A stretch of DNA of 63,929 nucleotides, filler included, from Thraustochytrium aureum (Eukaryota): NCBI GenBank assembly GCA_012862495.1. It is 4 parts of 3 records of this genome, joined end to end, with 100 filler letters (N's around TTAATTAATTAA, not from the genome) between each part and the next. Parts side by side here need not be neighbours in the genome. Positions count along the whole stretch, not along the records: positions 1 to 16,461 come from BLSG01000417.1; 3 more parts are not named here. One strand, written 5' to 3'. Each line of letters begins with the position of its first letter. Position 1 is the first letter of the stretch. Positions 1-9,844 of the stretch are shown here, one piece after another. The position numbers were made by a program, and so were the translations under genes. The notes under the pieces were generated by a model. The model saw nothing but the letters and a program-made list of their open reading frames with translations. It did no database searches and had not been told where the DNA came from.

Positions 1-47
1 AGTGTTCAGAGGGTATTACGAGGTACAATGTACTCTCGTGCCCATCA

Positions 48-185
48 CCACGTCCATGTCCACGTCCATGTCCACGTCCATGTCCATGTCCACGTCTATT
101 TCCATATCGACGTCCACTTCCATGATGGAGTTTAAATCATTCTCCCCGCCTACAAGCATTTCAACGTCCACGTCCACGCACATGC
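48..185. repeat. Degenerate hexamer repeat (CACGTC/CATGTC)n
   Basis: cacgtccatgtc is repeated at ~49-95 with degenerate copies to ~185. It reads as (VDMD)n on the minus-strand ORF 16..228. Confidence 0.8.
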
Positions 186-527
186 CGACGCCCATGACCA
201 CCGAGCGAAATCTATCGAACGTGGGCACGCAGCCAGACCCGGGCGCAAGCCAAAATTCAAAAATAGCGGTGCCTCGCTAATTTTTACCCCAACGTTTAGT
301 GGGTAAGGATTGAATTTCCGGAACAACGGGTCGGTGGACCCAGGTCGGTCGCCGTTTTTGGTTGGGGAATTTTTTTTCGGCAGTGTGACCTTGCGCGAGA
401 TCTCACCAGACCGTAAACGAGCGAGCAACCGCTGCGTGCAGACAGGCAAACAAACAAGCAGGCTTTTCCAAGCAGACTACACCTGTTCCAGGCATTCAAA
501 AGCCACACAAACAGAAACGACACGAAG

Positions 528-1250
528 ATGATCAGCGGCATTTCGAAGAAGGGCGGCAGCAGCGCCATTGAGGCTCTCGAAGCGGCCGGTGTCTCGGGCG
601 CGGCGCCCTCACTGTTGGGCCAACGCCGATCGCAACGTTCGCGAAAGCCCGTGCAGCGTTTCGAGCCCATTGTTGAAGGCGATCTCTGTGACGACCTCTC
701 TGTGGACAGCTTCGTCATGGACAGTCTCATCCGCGACGACGACGAGACCAGCTTCTCGGACGCTAGCGTGCGCACGGGTGAGTGCTCCGACGACGACGAG
801 TACGACAGCTGCGAAAGTGAAACCGACAGCGATACCGGGGACATGCCGCCGCGCAAGCGCCGCCGTTGCGGCGGGGCCGACGATGACGACGAGTACGAGG
901 TGGGCAGCTTCGTGGTCGGCGACGATGAAGACATCGAGATCGAGCTCGACGTAGACGAGGAAGACGAGGAGATCAACCTTGTGATCGAGATGGGAAGCCC
1001 TGTGACCGGTGGCCGCGCCGCCGCGCGACGGGCTGCTCTTAAGGGTCGCGCTGCAATTGCCGCTGCGGACGAAATGGACGCAGAAAGCAGCGACGACGAG
1101 GACGACGACGATGACGACGACTTTGTGGTGGAGGCCGATCAAGTCGACGGGGGCGACAGCAGCGACAGCAGCGACAGCGGTGTCAGCGAGGACGAGAGCG
1201 AGAACGACAGCTGTGACAACAGCGCTTCAAGCGAAGCGAACTGCGAGTAG
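528..1250 (+). CDS. Highly acidic, low-complexity hypothetical protein with NLS-like motif
   Basis: 240-aa ORF with an ATG start, D/E/S-rich tracts, basic patches (RRSQRSRKPVQRF, PPRKRRR) and a recurring SFV(M/V)/FVV motif. Confidence 0.75.
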   Translation: MISGISKKGGSSAIEALEAAGVSGAAPSLLGQRRSQRSRKPVQRFEPIVEGDLCDDLSVDSFVMDSLIRDDDETSFSDASVRTGECSDDDEYDSCESETDSDTGDMPPRKRRRCGGADDDDEYEVGSFVVGDDEDIEIELDVDEEDEEINLVIEMGSPVTGGRAAARRAALKGRAAIAAADEMDAESSDDEDDDDDDDFVVEADQVDGGDSSDSSDSGVSEDESENDSCDNSASSEANCE

Positions 1251-1318
1251 AAAACTCAACTCAGAAAGCTAAAGAGAAAGATCACTGGCCTTGATTCTAT
1301 GCAGAGAAGCAGTTGCTG

Positions 1319-3400
1319 TTAAATTTCGAATATGCACGTGTGAGAGTATCTCTTGACCGAAATGGAACCCGGGCCGTACAGAAACCGAAACTCTACGTTT
1401 ACGCTTGAAGTTCCTGTTTCGAATAAAACCGTGCTTGAACCGAAACCGTTGTCTTTGATCACAAAAAGAGGTGAGTAGGGTTCTATTTCCCTGTTCCTAG
1501 AAACATCCCACCAAGAAAGTGTAGCGTCGGACGCGACGTTTGCGTATAAATGTGCGTTTAAGACGAACCTGCGTTTCGATGGGAGTGTAAAGCGACCGTT
1601 GCTGGAGCTGTACGTAATACCATCATTGGTGTAAACCGATGTCCATTCCACGGGGTCGCCTCTCGAAACGGAAACGTCTTTGTTACATTTCGCGTTAACA
1701 AAGCTCTTGCCCAGGCTCGGCACCACTGGCAATCCACCAACCGTGAGTGAGCCGTCTGCAACAAGGTTCAGGTACGTCCTAAAAGTACTGCTGGTGATTA
1801 TTACGCGATCATAGTAACTGCTCCCGTCCCATTCGCCAATTTGAAACCATTCACCTGCCCTCCAGCACAGGTCCCCTGCGACACCACCGCCCCCCTGGAG
1901 CAGTAACGTCGGTGTTCTGTTGTCGCCAGTGGCGACAAGGTGACCCCATTCCGTAGAATACGACCCCGCTTTCGATCCAAAGGATCCGAAACCTGAAAGA
2001 ACTTGGTTGGTGAGGACGCGCCCAAGAGAATTGATGTCATTCATGGTAGTGAGATCAATCGCAGCAATTGAGACTGCACTTACCTGATTGAATTCACTTG
2101 TACCGTTCTTGGCGTCCAGATTACCACCGATGGTGAGGTTCTCAGTGACTGATGCGTTCCCGGTCACGACCAGGTCCTTACCACGCAGGGTCTCGCTTTC
2201 CACCACAGCGTTGGATATCGCGGTCGTTGTCTGACCGCTCGGTGCCGGCCTGAAAACCACCTGGTTAACGTTCTGGAGAGACCCGTTCCCCGGGTCCAGC
2301 GCGACCCACCCGGGGCCGAGGCTCGCGTTTCGCGGCTCGCCGGGGGGGCGCGATTCGACNNNNNNNNNNNNNNNNNNNNNNNNNNNNNNNNNNNNNNNNN
2401 NNNNNNNNNNNNNNNNNNNNNNNNNNNNNNNNNNNNNNNNNNNNNNNNNNNNNNNNNNNNNNNNNNNNNNNNNNNNNNNNNNNNNNNNNNNNNNNNNNNN
2501 NNNNNNNNNNNNNNNNNNNNNNNNNNNNNNNNNNNNNNNNNNNNNNNNNNNNNNNNNNNNNNNNNNNNNNNNNNNNNNNNNNNNNNNNNNNNNNNNNNNN
2601 NNNNNNNNNNNNNNNNNNNNNNNNNNNNNNNNNNNNNNNNNNNNNNNNNNNNNNNCCTCGCTGCGGGCCTCTGGTGAGACGCCGCTGCGCGGATCGCGCA
2701 GCATCGTGGCTATGCGGCTGTTCAGGGTCGGGATCTGCGCAGAGAGACCGCCTGGTAGAGAATCAGAGTCAAGCGAACCCATCTCAATTACCCTGGTGGA
2801 AATCAGTGGTACTTGCGCCGCGCCGCTTCTTGGGAACACGCGAATCTGCTGTCCAGTGGTGAGGTTAGATGCCGGCCCTCCGGTGAACGCCAAGAAGATG
2901 CCTGCCAAACCGCAGTAGGCGTTGTCCATGGCGTCCTTGTAAAGGAAGCGCGAGCTGAGCAGTGGGTCCGCGCCAACGATCGGTGGTGCGATGTCAAAAC
3001 CACTGGCGGTCACGGTGCCCGTGACAATGGGGTTGCTTCGGAGCGCGAGCGCCTCGCCGCGCACCTCCAGCGCGGCTGGGTCGAGCTGGAGGTCCAACTC
3101 TGTGCGCTCCTGACCACTGTCTTCGTCGACCACCGTGCGCAGCAACAGTGGTGGAAGCGCAACCGCGTTGAGCACGCTTCCAACGGCGCTGCTCACGCTC
3201 GCCCATAGCCTTCGGTACCGCGCATCGTACCCGTAGTCGGGGACCGGTGGTCGTGGGTCCACATTGTCTGGCCATGGTTCACCATTCGCCGTGACAGCGC
3301 CCACGGACCACGGGTCACTCTCCCCCGATAGGCCATCCCCAACGCCGAGTACCCCGCCAATGCCGTCGGAACCTAACCCGCTCGACTGTTCGTTGCCCAT
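1319..3400 (-). CDS. Virion fibre/spike-like protein with N-myristoylation motif and C-terminal C1q/BclA-like head (spans an N gap)
   Basis: Starts MGNEQS (MGxxxS). Contains LDLQLDPAALEVRGEALAL and beta-repeat-like VVTGNASVTENLTIGGNL segments. The C-terminus VEWTSVYTNDGITYSSSNGRFTLPSKRRFVLNAHLY resembles C1q/TNF-like folds. Frame across the gap is assumed. Confidence 0.6.
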   Translation of the reverse strand: MGNEQSSGLGSDGIGGVLGVGDGLSGESDPWSVGAVTANGEPWPDNVDPRPPVPDYGYDARYRRLWASVSSAVGSVLNAVALPPLLLRTVVDEDSGQERTELDLQLDPAALEVRGEALALRSNPIVTGTVTASGFDIAPPIVGADPLLSSRFLYKDAMDNAYCGLAGIFLAFTGGPASNLTTGQQIRVFPRSGAAQVPLISTRVIEMGSLDSDSLPGGLSAQIPTLNSRIATMLRDPRSGVSPEARSEXXXXXXXXXXXXXXXXXXXXXXXXXXXXXXXXXXXXXXXXXXXXXXXXXXXXXXXXXXXXXXXXXXXXXXXXXXXXXXXXXXXXXXXXXXXXXXXXXXXVESRPPGEPRNASLGPGWVALDPGNGSLQNVNQVVFRPAPSGQTTTAISNAVVESETLRGKDLVVTGNASVTENLTIGGNLDAKNGTSEFNQVSAVSIAAIDLTTMNDINSLGRVLTNQVLSGFGSFGSKAGSYSTEWGHLVATGDNRTPTLLLQGGGGVAGDLCWRAGEWFQIGEWDGSSYYDRVIITSSTFRTYLNLVADGSLTVGGLPVVPSLGKSFVNAKCNKDVSVSRGDPVEWTSVYTNDGITYSSSNGRFTLPSKRRFVLNAHLYANVASDATLSWWDVSRNREIEPYSPLFVIKDNGFGSSTVLFETGTSSVNVEFRFLYGPGSISVKRYSHTCIFEI

Positions 3401-3470
3401 TTCAACGTGCGCATGCGCCTCTAGCGACTACTAGCGACTACTTTGCTTTGCTGAGAAGATAAAAAGCATT

Positions 3471-5786
3471 TCATTTGCCATTTACGCCTGTGTTAAAGAT
3501 GTTGAACGTTTGCCTTATCCCTGCACCCCATTCAGAAAGACCCCTCCACGTGTCCGAAAAGTTAAACTTTTTCGAATCGGAATTCGACTTGACCTTTGCT
3601 GCCACTTGGTGCAGAGCCACTGCCGGGGCAATCGCAGACGCAACCTCTAATGTTTTATTGCCGAGGGATTTCGCGAATCCGGTGTTGGTTACGTCAACGT
3701 CCCTACCCATGCTTTCATATACCATTCTATTCGCACTTGCGAGGTACATCTCCCTCATGAGCACCAAGGGCGAAGTGCTGTGCGTTTTAAACACTTTTTT
3801 GAGTCCATCATACTCCTTGTCATTGCTACCGCTGACGCGTTGATGAACGTCAATGACTTTCTGTAGAGTAGTTTGGATAGACTTGAAAACATCCCGAAAC
3901 GACTCGGCCCTTTCAACGGTTTGCTTTTCGGATTGTATTTCGCGTAGTTTTAGTTCTCGCTCCTCGCGTGTCTTGCCGAAAAGCACCTTCACCTGACCGC
4001 CCAGTTCTTCCATGTCTTTCTCGAGTCCCCGAGCCTCTTGATGTTCAACTTGAGAAAACGCCTGTTTAACATCGAGAATGCGCTTGTCCAACGCATCCAG
4101 TTCATTCATCGCAACATCCATTTGGAACCGCTCTTCTTCATTGGGCGCGTTAAGGATCAGGCGCGCCGAGTGTAAACCGAGCGTCAGTGCAAACACGAAC
4201 GGCGCAACGATGGCCCCCCAGAAGATCAGCGCTCCGCGCACGTGAGCGGTCATGTCGAGCAGGTTCGTCGCAACACGGTGGTTGAAAAGCGGCACTGACT
4301 CTTTCACGACCACGGATATGTAACCGTACAACGAGAACGCCGAAATGCCCATAAACAGGAGCAACATCGCTGCTCTCCACTTTTTGGTGGCCCCAAATGC
4401 GGTTAGGAATAAGGTGAGCGAGAATAGCCCGCTCACCCAACCTAGCGCGATGAGAGGTCCCGCGACCAATCCACCCTCCATGCACCCAACAGGAAGTAGC
4501 AGGATGATTGTGACGAACATCAGAATCGGAGATATCCACCAATGAACACCGAGTATGTGCCAGGTCGCCAAGATCGCAGCGATCGCGCTGACGGAGACCC
4601 CGCCAACGGAGATCACACTGCACGCGTTAGCTTGTTCGCGTGACACCCCGGCACCGGACACAACACCAGTGATCACTTTGGTGACGTCCGTCGGAATGCC
4701 AGGGAGCGTAGACACCGCGCCCGATACCGCGCCGAGCACGTCGGCGCTGATGTAGCCCTCTCGGTACAGGTAATCCGCGACGATAATCACAATGATGCCA
4801 ACCACGACAATCGCAATGTACGATGAGAGAAGCACCGAAAGCACTCGGCCCGCCATTCCAAACACGGCCTTTACCATGCCAGGCACGCCCAAAAACTGCA
4901 GTAAGCTCGACGCGGTGTCGAGTCCCATGTCCACAATCCCCAACCCCCTCGACACGCTGTCCATGTAGAACTTCTGGTCACGCGCCTTGCGCTGCTGCCA
5001 TTCACCGAGGCTCTCCTCGCCAAAAACCTTTGTAGCGTACCCATCGTACCATGCGTCTCGGCCCAACTCGCGCCTCTCAGCGATGTCGGACCGCGTGGCG
5101 CTACCGACGCGGTTGTACGTGTTCACAGCGTTCGAAGCGTTCCCCGTGACGAGACCCGCGATGTCACTGACCCACGAACCTTGACGCCCGTGCTTAACGG
5201 GACTAGGCTCATTCACCGGGTAACGCCTACTAGCCAGTCGTTCACCCTTGCGAATAAGCGACGGTTGTTGCTTCGAACTGTGCAAGTATTGAACCTCTGT
5301 TTCTTGAGGCTTTTTTTGAACGCGGTAAAATGGCATTTGAAACGAAAGCTGCGAGTTTCGAAGATCCCGACTTTCTCGTCTTTCCGCTCGCAGAACTGGC
5401 ATTTTTTTGAACATCAATTGGATTTGAGGCAGTGCCGATCTCCCCCCTTGTTCTTCCCCTACGCTTCTGCTGTTGATGCTGCTGCTTTTGTTGCGGCTGT
5501 TGCGGCTGTTGCGGTTGTTGCGGCTGTGGTTGCTGATGCTGANNNNNNNNNNNNNNNNNNNNNNNNNNNNNNNNNNNNNNNNNNNNNNNNNNNNNNNNNN
5601 NNNNNNNNNNNNNNNNNNNNNNNNNNNNNNNNNNNNNNNNNNNNNNNNNNNNNNNNGGTTCTGTTGTTGTTGCTGCTGCTGTTGGTGAACCTGCTGAAAC
5701 GCCGCCATGAGCTGAACAGGGTCAAAGTTACCGTGCGGCACCGGCGGTGGGTTGTGATAAACTGCGTTCTGCATGTTGTGTGCCAA
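3471..5786 (-). CDS. Multi-pass membrane protein with N-terminal poly-Q and C-terminal coiled coil
   Basis: Long ORF with several hydrophobic helices (e.g. LLSSYIAIVVVGIIVIIVADYLY, WWISPILMFVTIILLLPV) followed by a heptad-rich region. CAG/CAA repeats flank the gap at 5543-5657, and the frame across the gap is uncertain. Confidence 0.75.
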   Translation of the reverse strand: MAHNMQNAVYHNPPPVPHGNFDPVQLMAAFQQVHQQQQQQQQNXXXXXXXXXXXXXXXXXXXXXXXXXXXXXXXXXXXXXXXSISNHSRNNRNSRNSRNKSSSINSRSVGEEQGGRSALPQIQLMFKKMPVLRAERRESRDLRNSQLSFQMPFYRVQKKPQETEVQYLHSSKQQPSLIRKGERLASRRYPVNEPSPVKHGRQGSWVSDIAGLVTGNASNAVNTYNRVGSATRSDIAERRELGRDAWYDGYATKVFGEESLGEWQQRKARDQKFYMDSVSRGLGIVDMGLDTASSLLQFLGVPGMVKAVFGMAGRVLSVLLSSYIAIVVVGIIVIIVADYLYREGYISADVLGAVSGAVSTLPGIPTDVTKVITGVVSGAGVSREQANACSVISVGGVSVSAIAAILATWHILGVHWWISPILMFVTIILLLPVGCMEGGLVAGPLIALGWVSGLFSLTLFLTAFGATKKWRAAMLLLFMGISAFSLYGYISVVVKESVPLFNHRVATNLLDMTAHVRGALIFWGAIVAPFVFALTLGLHSARLILNAPNEEERFQMDVAMNELDALDKRILDVKQAFSQVEHQEARGLEKDMEELGGQVKVLFGKTREERELKLREIQSEKQTVERAESFRDVFKSIQTTLQKVIDVHQRVSGSNDKEYDGLKKVFKTHSTSPLVLMREMYLASANRMVYESMGRDVDVTNTGFAKSLGNKTLEVASAIAPAVALHQVAAKVKSNSDSKKFNFSDTWRGLSEWGAGIRQTFNIFNTGVNGK

Positions 5787-5987
5787 GTGCCAACGCGGTA
5801 CTTCACCTCAACAACTCCCATTACGCGTCAGTTTTTTTTCTGCGCCGTTCACGTACCCATCCCTTGCTTGCAAGCGGCACGAGCGCACTACCCCGACCAC
5901 TGTCATTCCACAGAAGTTCGTTCGTTCGCTCACTCATTCTTGTTAGCATTCTTTTGTTCTCTCGCTCGTGCAGCCACTTCGTCAACC

Positions 5988-7541
5988 ATGGTTGAAGACA
6001 GCGATGATGCCCTTCTCGAGAGCATCTCCCGCCGCCCAGCAGTGCGCGTGGACAGGCCACCGTGTATTGAGGTGCGCGCTTCCGAGGAGAGCGGCGATGC
6101 GCCCAGCCTCGACACCGCCAGCGGTGCGAGCGGCGCCGAACGGCTCGGTCTTACCAGAAGCAACGGGCGCTGGGCCGATCAGCACTTGGTGGACCTGGCA
6201 GAGGGCGTGCCCGCTGCCTCGCTGGCCGACGACGCCAACCGCGTGCGGCACCAGAACTACGCCTGCGTGTCATACGTGCCGCCGGGCGCATACGTGCCCG
6301 ATGGTGCTGCGGGTGAGGATGGTGGGGCCCCGGCTGCAAACCCGGCGCCGAGCGGTGGTTTGCTCAACGTGCGCGGCATTTTCCGCATGCGGGAGGACGC
6401 CGCGCTCTTCATCAAGGACGTGCTACTGGAGGCCGAGCCGCTCATCAAGGTGCACCTGGTCGAGTGCTTCAAGTGGAGTCCGCTGGGCGAAGTCAATCGC
6501 GACGACGAGCTCTCGCGCGAAGATCGCGACGCGGTCGTTGAGGAGGCCCTGCGCGGCTACTTCGAGAACGAGAACAAGCGCCTGCTGGGCATGCAGTCGC
6601 GCATAGACCTCGGCGGGTCCGCGCGTGCCGAGGAGCCCTTCGCCTTTTTCGAGCGAGTGCACGGGCGCGGTGCGGTGGACACCGTCCTGGACATCATCCG
6701 CAACAGCGTGTCCGTGAGCGCTCCGACCGGTGAGCAGCAAAAGCAGCCGGAACTGATCGAGAACCAGGAGCACCAGCAGCAGCTGGAGTCGGGTGATGCG
6801 CTCGAGGCCGCGAGCGATGGTGCTCGCCTGATGGTGCGCTTGGAGGAAGGCGAGGCCGCGGCGGCAACTGGGTCGCTGCCGCCGCAGGCGCTGCACGACA
6901 AGTGGCACTACCCTGAGGTGAACACCGAGGCGCTGCGTCGGTCGCTGCAGTGGCACCGCGAGCGCGAGACCGCCGGTTCTACCGATGGGGCCGATGGGGC
7001 CGCGATCGACAAGAAGAAGGTGTCGTCTGTCCCGTCTGGAGTCGCAGAACCCGTTCACGTTCGCCTCGGCCGAGAGGATGCCGTCGCGGCGCACGCGGCC
7101 GTGCGTGGCCAGGCGTTCGCGTGCGTGTCGTTGCTGCGCCCAGAGGACGTGCGCAGCGAGCACTATCCCAACGAGGGCGTCACGCTGCCGGTGATCAAGG
7201 TGCGCGGCGTGTTTGAAACGCTGGAGGAGGCCGAGGAGCACGTGAGCGCCTCCATCGTGCCCGTGGACGGCAAGATCGACGTCTCCATCGTGCGCTGCTT
7301 CGAGTGGACCGACATCGACGCGCCCGCGCCCGAGCAGCAGGTCTTCATGGACGACAGCGGCCTCATGAACGACATGTTCGCCGGCTACTTTGAGCGGCGC
7401 AACGGCGAGGGCTTCGACACGATCGCGCAGCGCGTCGCGTTCGAGATGGCGCTGGACAAGAAGAAGAACAAACAACAGCCCCCGCCGCGTTCGGGCACAG
7501 TTGGTGGTAGCCGCGCGACGGGCGTGCACATGTTGTGCTAG
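5988..7541 (+). CDS. Protein with two tandem DUF5832-like (giant-virus family) domains
   Basis: Copy 1: QNYACVSYVPP...LNVRGIFRMREDA...VHLVECFKW. Copy 2: QAFACVSLLRP...IKVRGVFETLEEA...VSIVRCFEW. Both match the Q-x-(F/Y)-x-C-x-S...K-(V/I)-RG-x-F...W pattern of this viral family as recalled. Likely start is ATG 5988. Confidence 0.7.
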   Translation: MVEDSDDALLESISRRPAVRVDRPPCIEVRASEESGDAPSLDTASGASGAERLGLTRSNGRWADQHLVDLAEGVPAASLADDANRVRHQNYACVSYVPPGAYVPDGAAGEDGGAPAANPAPSGGLLNVRGIFRMREDAALFIKDVLLEAEPLIKVHLVECFKWSPLGEVNRDDELSREDRDAVVEEALRGYFENENKRLLGMQSRIDLGGSARAEEPFAFFERVHGRGAVDTVLDIIRNSVSVSAPTGEQQKQPELIENQEHQQQLESGDALEAASDGARLMVRLEEGEAAAATGSLPPQALHDKWHYPEVNTEALRRSLQWHRERETAGSTDGADGAAIDKKKVSSVPSGVAEPVHVRLGREDAVAAHAAVRGQAFACVSLLRPEDVRSEHYPNEGVTLPVIKVRGVFETLEEAEEHVSASIVPVDGKIDVSIVRCFEWTDIDAPAPEQQVFMDDSGLMNDMFAGYFERRNGEGFDTIAQRVAFEMALDKKKNKQQPPPRSGTVGGSRATGVHMLC

Positions 7542-7662
7542 GCGTGAACCGGGTGGTGCCAAACAAGTTTGATTTTTCTCTTTTTTCTCTTTTTTTCTCG
7601 AACGATTCTTGCGAAGACGAAGCGCGCGCCGCTCCTACCTTGTTAGTCGCACACGCGCTGCA

Positions 7663-8175
7663 ATGGCGGGGTCCGCCCGTGACGGTGATCAGCGTGAAGG
7701 GCATGGCTCAGGTTTTCACCTGCCAGGAGTGCCCGTGTGGGCCGTTGTCCTCGCTGTGGTGGTCGCTGCGACCGCTGGCGTGCTGGTCTGGTGGTTCTCG
7801 CAGAATGACGGTGAGGGAGACAGCGGGCCCGATGATTCTTCGAAAACTACCGCTGCGCCACATGCTGGTGCCGGACCATCGGCGGGCCAGGGGTCGGGCA
7901 AGTCCGAGGAAAGTTCAAACCCGTCAAGTGAAGGGTCCAAAACACCGGTCGGCGCGATCGTGGGGGCGTCGCTTGGGGTGCTCGTCGTCGTAATCATCGT
8001 GATCACGTGGCGCAGTGGCGTTTTCCGTAGGGCCAGTGTCAGCGGTTTAATGAACGCGAGCGGTGGCGGATCGAATGCAAGGCGCTACTCACCATTGGAA
8101 CATGATGATGAGGGGGAGATGGTGCCAGTAAAATTGCAAACGGTGGAGACGTTGACGCTCAACCGCGCGATTTAA
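7663..8175 (+). CDS. Small two-TM membrane protein with Ser/Gly-rich linker
   Basis: ATG 7663; hydrophobic segments VWAVVLAVVVAATAGVLVWWF and GAIVGASLGVLVVVIIVITW. Confidence 0.7.
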   Translation: MAGSARDGDQREGHGSGFHLPGVPVWAVVLAVVVAATAGVLVWWFSQNDGEGDSGPDDSSKTTAAPHAGAGPSAGQGSGKSEESSNPSSEGSKTPVGAIVGASLGVLVVVIIVITWRSGVFRRASVSGLMNASGGGSNARRYSPLEHDDEGEMVPVKLQTVETLTLNRAI

Positions 8176-8261
8176 ACGTTGATCTGGCGCCTCGCGAGGA
8201 ATTCAATGGTGCTTCAAAAGAGTTCAGTAAATTTCTTGATACTGAATTAGGCTTTCAAGAT

Positions 8262-8861
8262 GTGTCAGGAATAGACGGTGTCAAACCAAATCAAGTGGAT
8301 ACCGTGAAAAGGAGACTACACACACGCTTGGTTGAAAGTTTGAAAGGAAGGTTCACGCATACCGATGGTGAACTTGGCAAAGTTTTTCACTCCGCAAGTC
8401 AAGGTAGAAACCTTCAACCTATCAGGGTTTCCCCTGACAATGCGCTTCATGTTATGCGCAGAACGGGTCCCGATGAACAGCGTAGATTGAAGGAAGAGCT
8501 ACAGAACCTAGTAAAAGGTTTTGCTAAGCAGCTCGGCATTATTACTGCAAATAAAAAACGAGGGGTAGCCATGAAGGAATGGTTGAAAAAGAAAGGCGGT
8601 CGATGGGCTTTGAAGCCCGAAAAAGAATGGTGGGATAATCTTGGGCTCGATGACACAAACAAAAATAACACCAATAAGGCTTCTATTATACAAGCATTTC
8701 AAGCTGCGCATAAAGCAGCAGGTGGTATCGAAGGATTCAAGTTCCCAGATGAAGTACTTAATGATCACGCCATTCCGGATTTTGACAGCACAAACCAGCG
8801 GTTCACTGATCTAGAAGCGGCAAAACGTTTTAAAAAAGTCAGCGAAGACTATCGGTTCTAA
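8262..8861 (+). CDS. Hypothetical Lys-rich protein (AT-richer island)
   Basis: 199-codon open frame in visibly AT-richer DNA. The start is uncertain (GTG; an out-of-frame ATG lies at 8260). Confidence 0.55.
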   Translation: MSGIDGVKPNQVDTVKRRLHTRLVESLKGRFTHTDGELGKVFHSASQGRNLQPIRVSPDNALHVMRRTGPDEQRRLKEELQNLVKGFAKQLGIITANKKRGVAMKEWLKKKGGRWALKPEKEWWDNLGLDDTNKNNTNKASIIQAFQAAHKAAGGIEGFKFPDEVLNDHAIPDFDSTNQRFTDLEAAKRFKKVSEDYRF

Positions 8862-9019
8862 CGTTTTGAACGAAGTGCTGCAAACCTCACCGTCGCACGT
8901 GTTGGCCGAAAGAACACCCAGGTGACCATGAGCGTGAGCTTGCCGTACCGCCAGTCCGACGGGTTTCCGCGATGGTACAATTAAACGTAGCGTACATGTT
9001 GGTCTATTAAGTCATGGTG

Positions 9020-9361
9020 TCAGAATCTGTGCATTTCTGCTTCCAAAACATGCGCAGTTGGGACATATCTGGCTTTAGGGATCGGTCGAACGACGGTGCG
9101 AATCAAACTAATCAGAAAACCACCTGTACCGACGATGAATGCCGAATTCAAGATGAGAAGCGGGAATAGAGCTACAAAACCCCAACCTGAGATTTGTCCC
9201 CTCTCGTCTCCCAGCCATTCGCCACTAAAAATCTTGACAATGGCGAAAATACAAAAGACTGTTATCCCCGTCCACAGAAACCCACCAGCAACGTCCCCGG
9301 TGGACATTGGGTTGTGATGCAGGTGAGCATCCACAACTTCTACTTCTTCAAAAACCCCCAT
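9020..9361 (-). CDS. Small two-TM membrane protein
   Basis: 113-aa ORF with ATG start and two hydrophobic stretches. Confidence 0.6.
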   Translation of the reverse strand: MGVFEEVEVVDAHLHHNPMSTGDVAGGFLWTGITVFCIFAIVKIFSGEWLGDERGQISGWGFVALFPLLILNSAFIVGTGGFLISLIRTVVRPIPKARYVPTAHVLEAEMHRF

Positions 9362-9498
9362 GATGTCTTGATTTCACCCTTAGAGTTATGCTAATTGCGA
9401 GTGCCCGTCTTGTACACGCAAGGTAAAGAAAAAAACACGTACGCCTTGCGAATCTCACGTCGGCCATTTTATCTGTTTTCATTGCTAAGTTGTGCGCC

Positions 9499-9828
9499 AT
9501 GTTCCCGATCATCGCGGCCTTCGTTGCGGCCATCGCCGGCACGCTCTACCTTCTGTTCAGAGACATACGAGCTGCAATGGTCAGGAGATTGTTCGAAAGA
9601 CGTGTTCTGAACCACGAAATGCAGCGTGTTGAACACGTTGAACGAATCCAGAGAGGTAGAGTTCCCGAACGCGGGCAAAGCAGACACGCAACTAACCCCA
9701 GCACTAATGCGGGTCAAGAAACTGGTGATCCAGGAGTACGGCCGAACTGGCCAGGGCCCAGACGTCGCCGATCGGGTCCTAACCTGCGATTTGCGACTCC
9801 AAAGGGTCAGCCATCGAGTGAAAGCTGA
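9499..9828 (+). CDS. Small protein with N-terminal membrane anchor
   Basis: MFPIIAAFVAAIAGTLYLLF followed by an Arg-rich tail; ATG 9499. Confidence 0.55.
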   Translation: MFPIIAAFVAAIAGTLYLLFRDIRAAMVRRLFERRVLNHEMQRVEHVERIQRGRVPERGQSRHATNPSTNAGQETGDPGVRPNWPGPRRRRSGPNLRFATPKGQPSSES

Positions 9829-9844
9829 ACTCAAAAAAAAGACA

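Noticed and set aside
5181..5987. N-terminal extension of the 786-aa ORF 5181..7541
   Set aside because: It is the antisense shadow of the poly-Q gene across an N gap. The real start is most likely ATG 5988.
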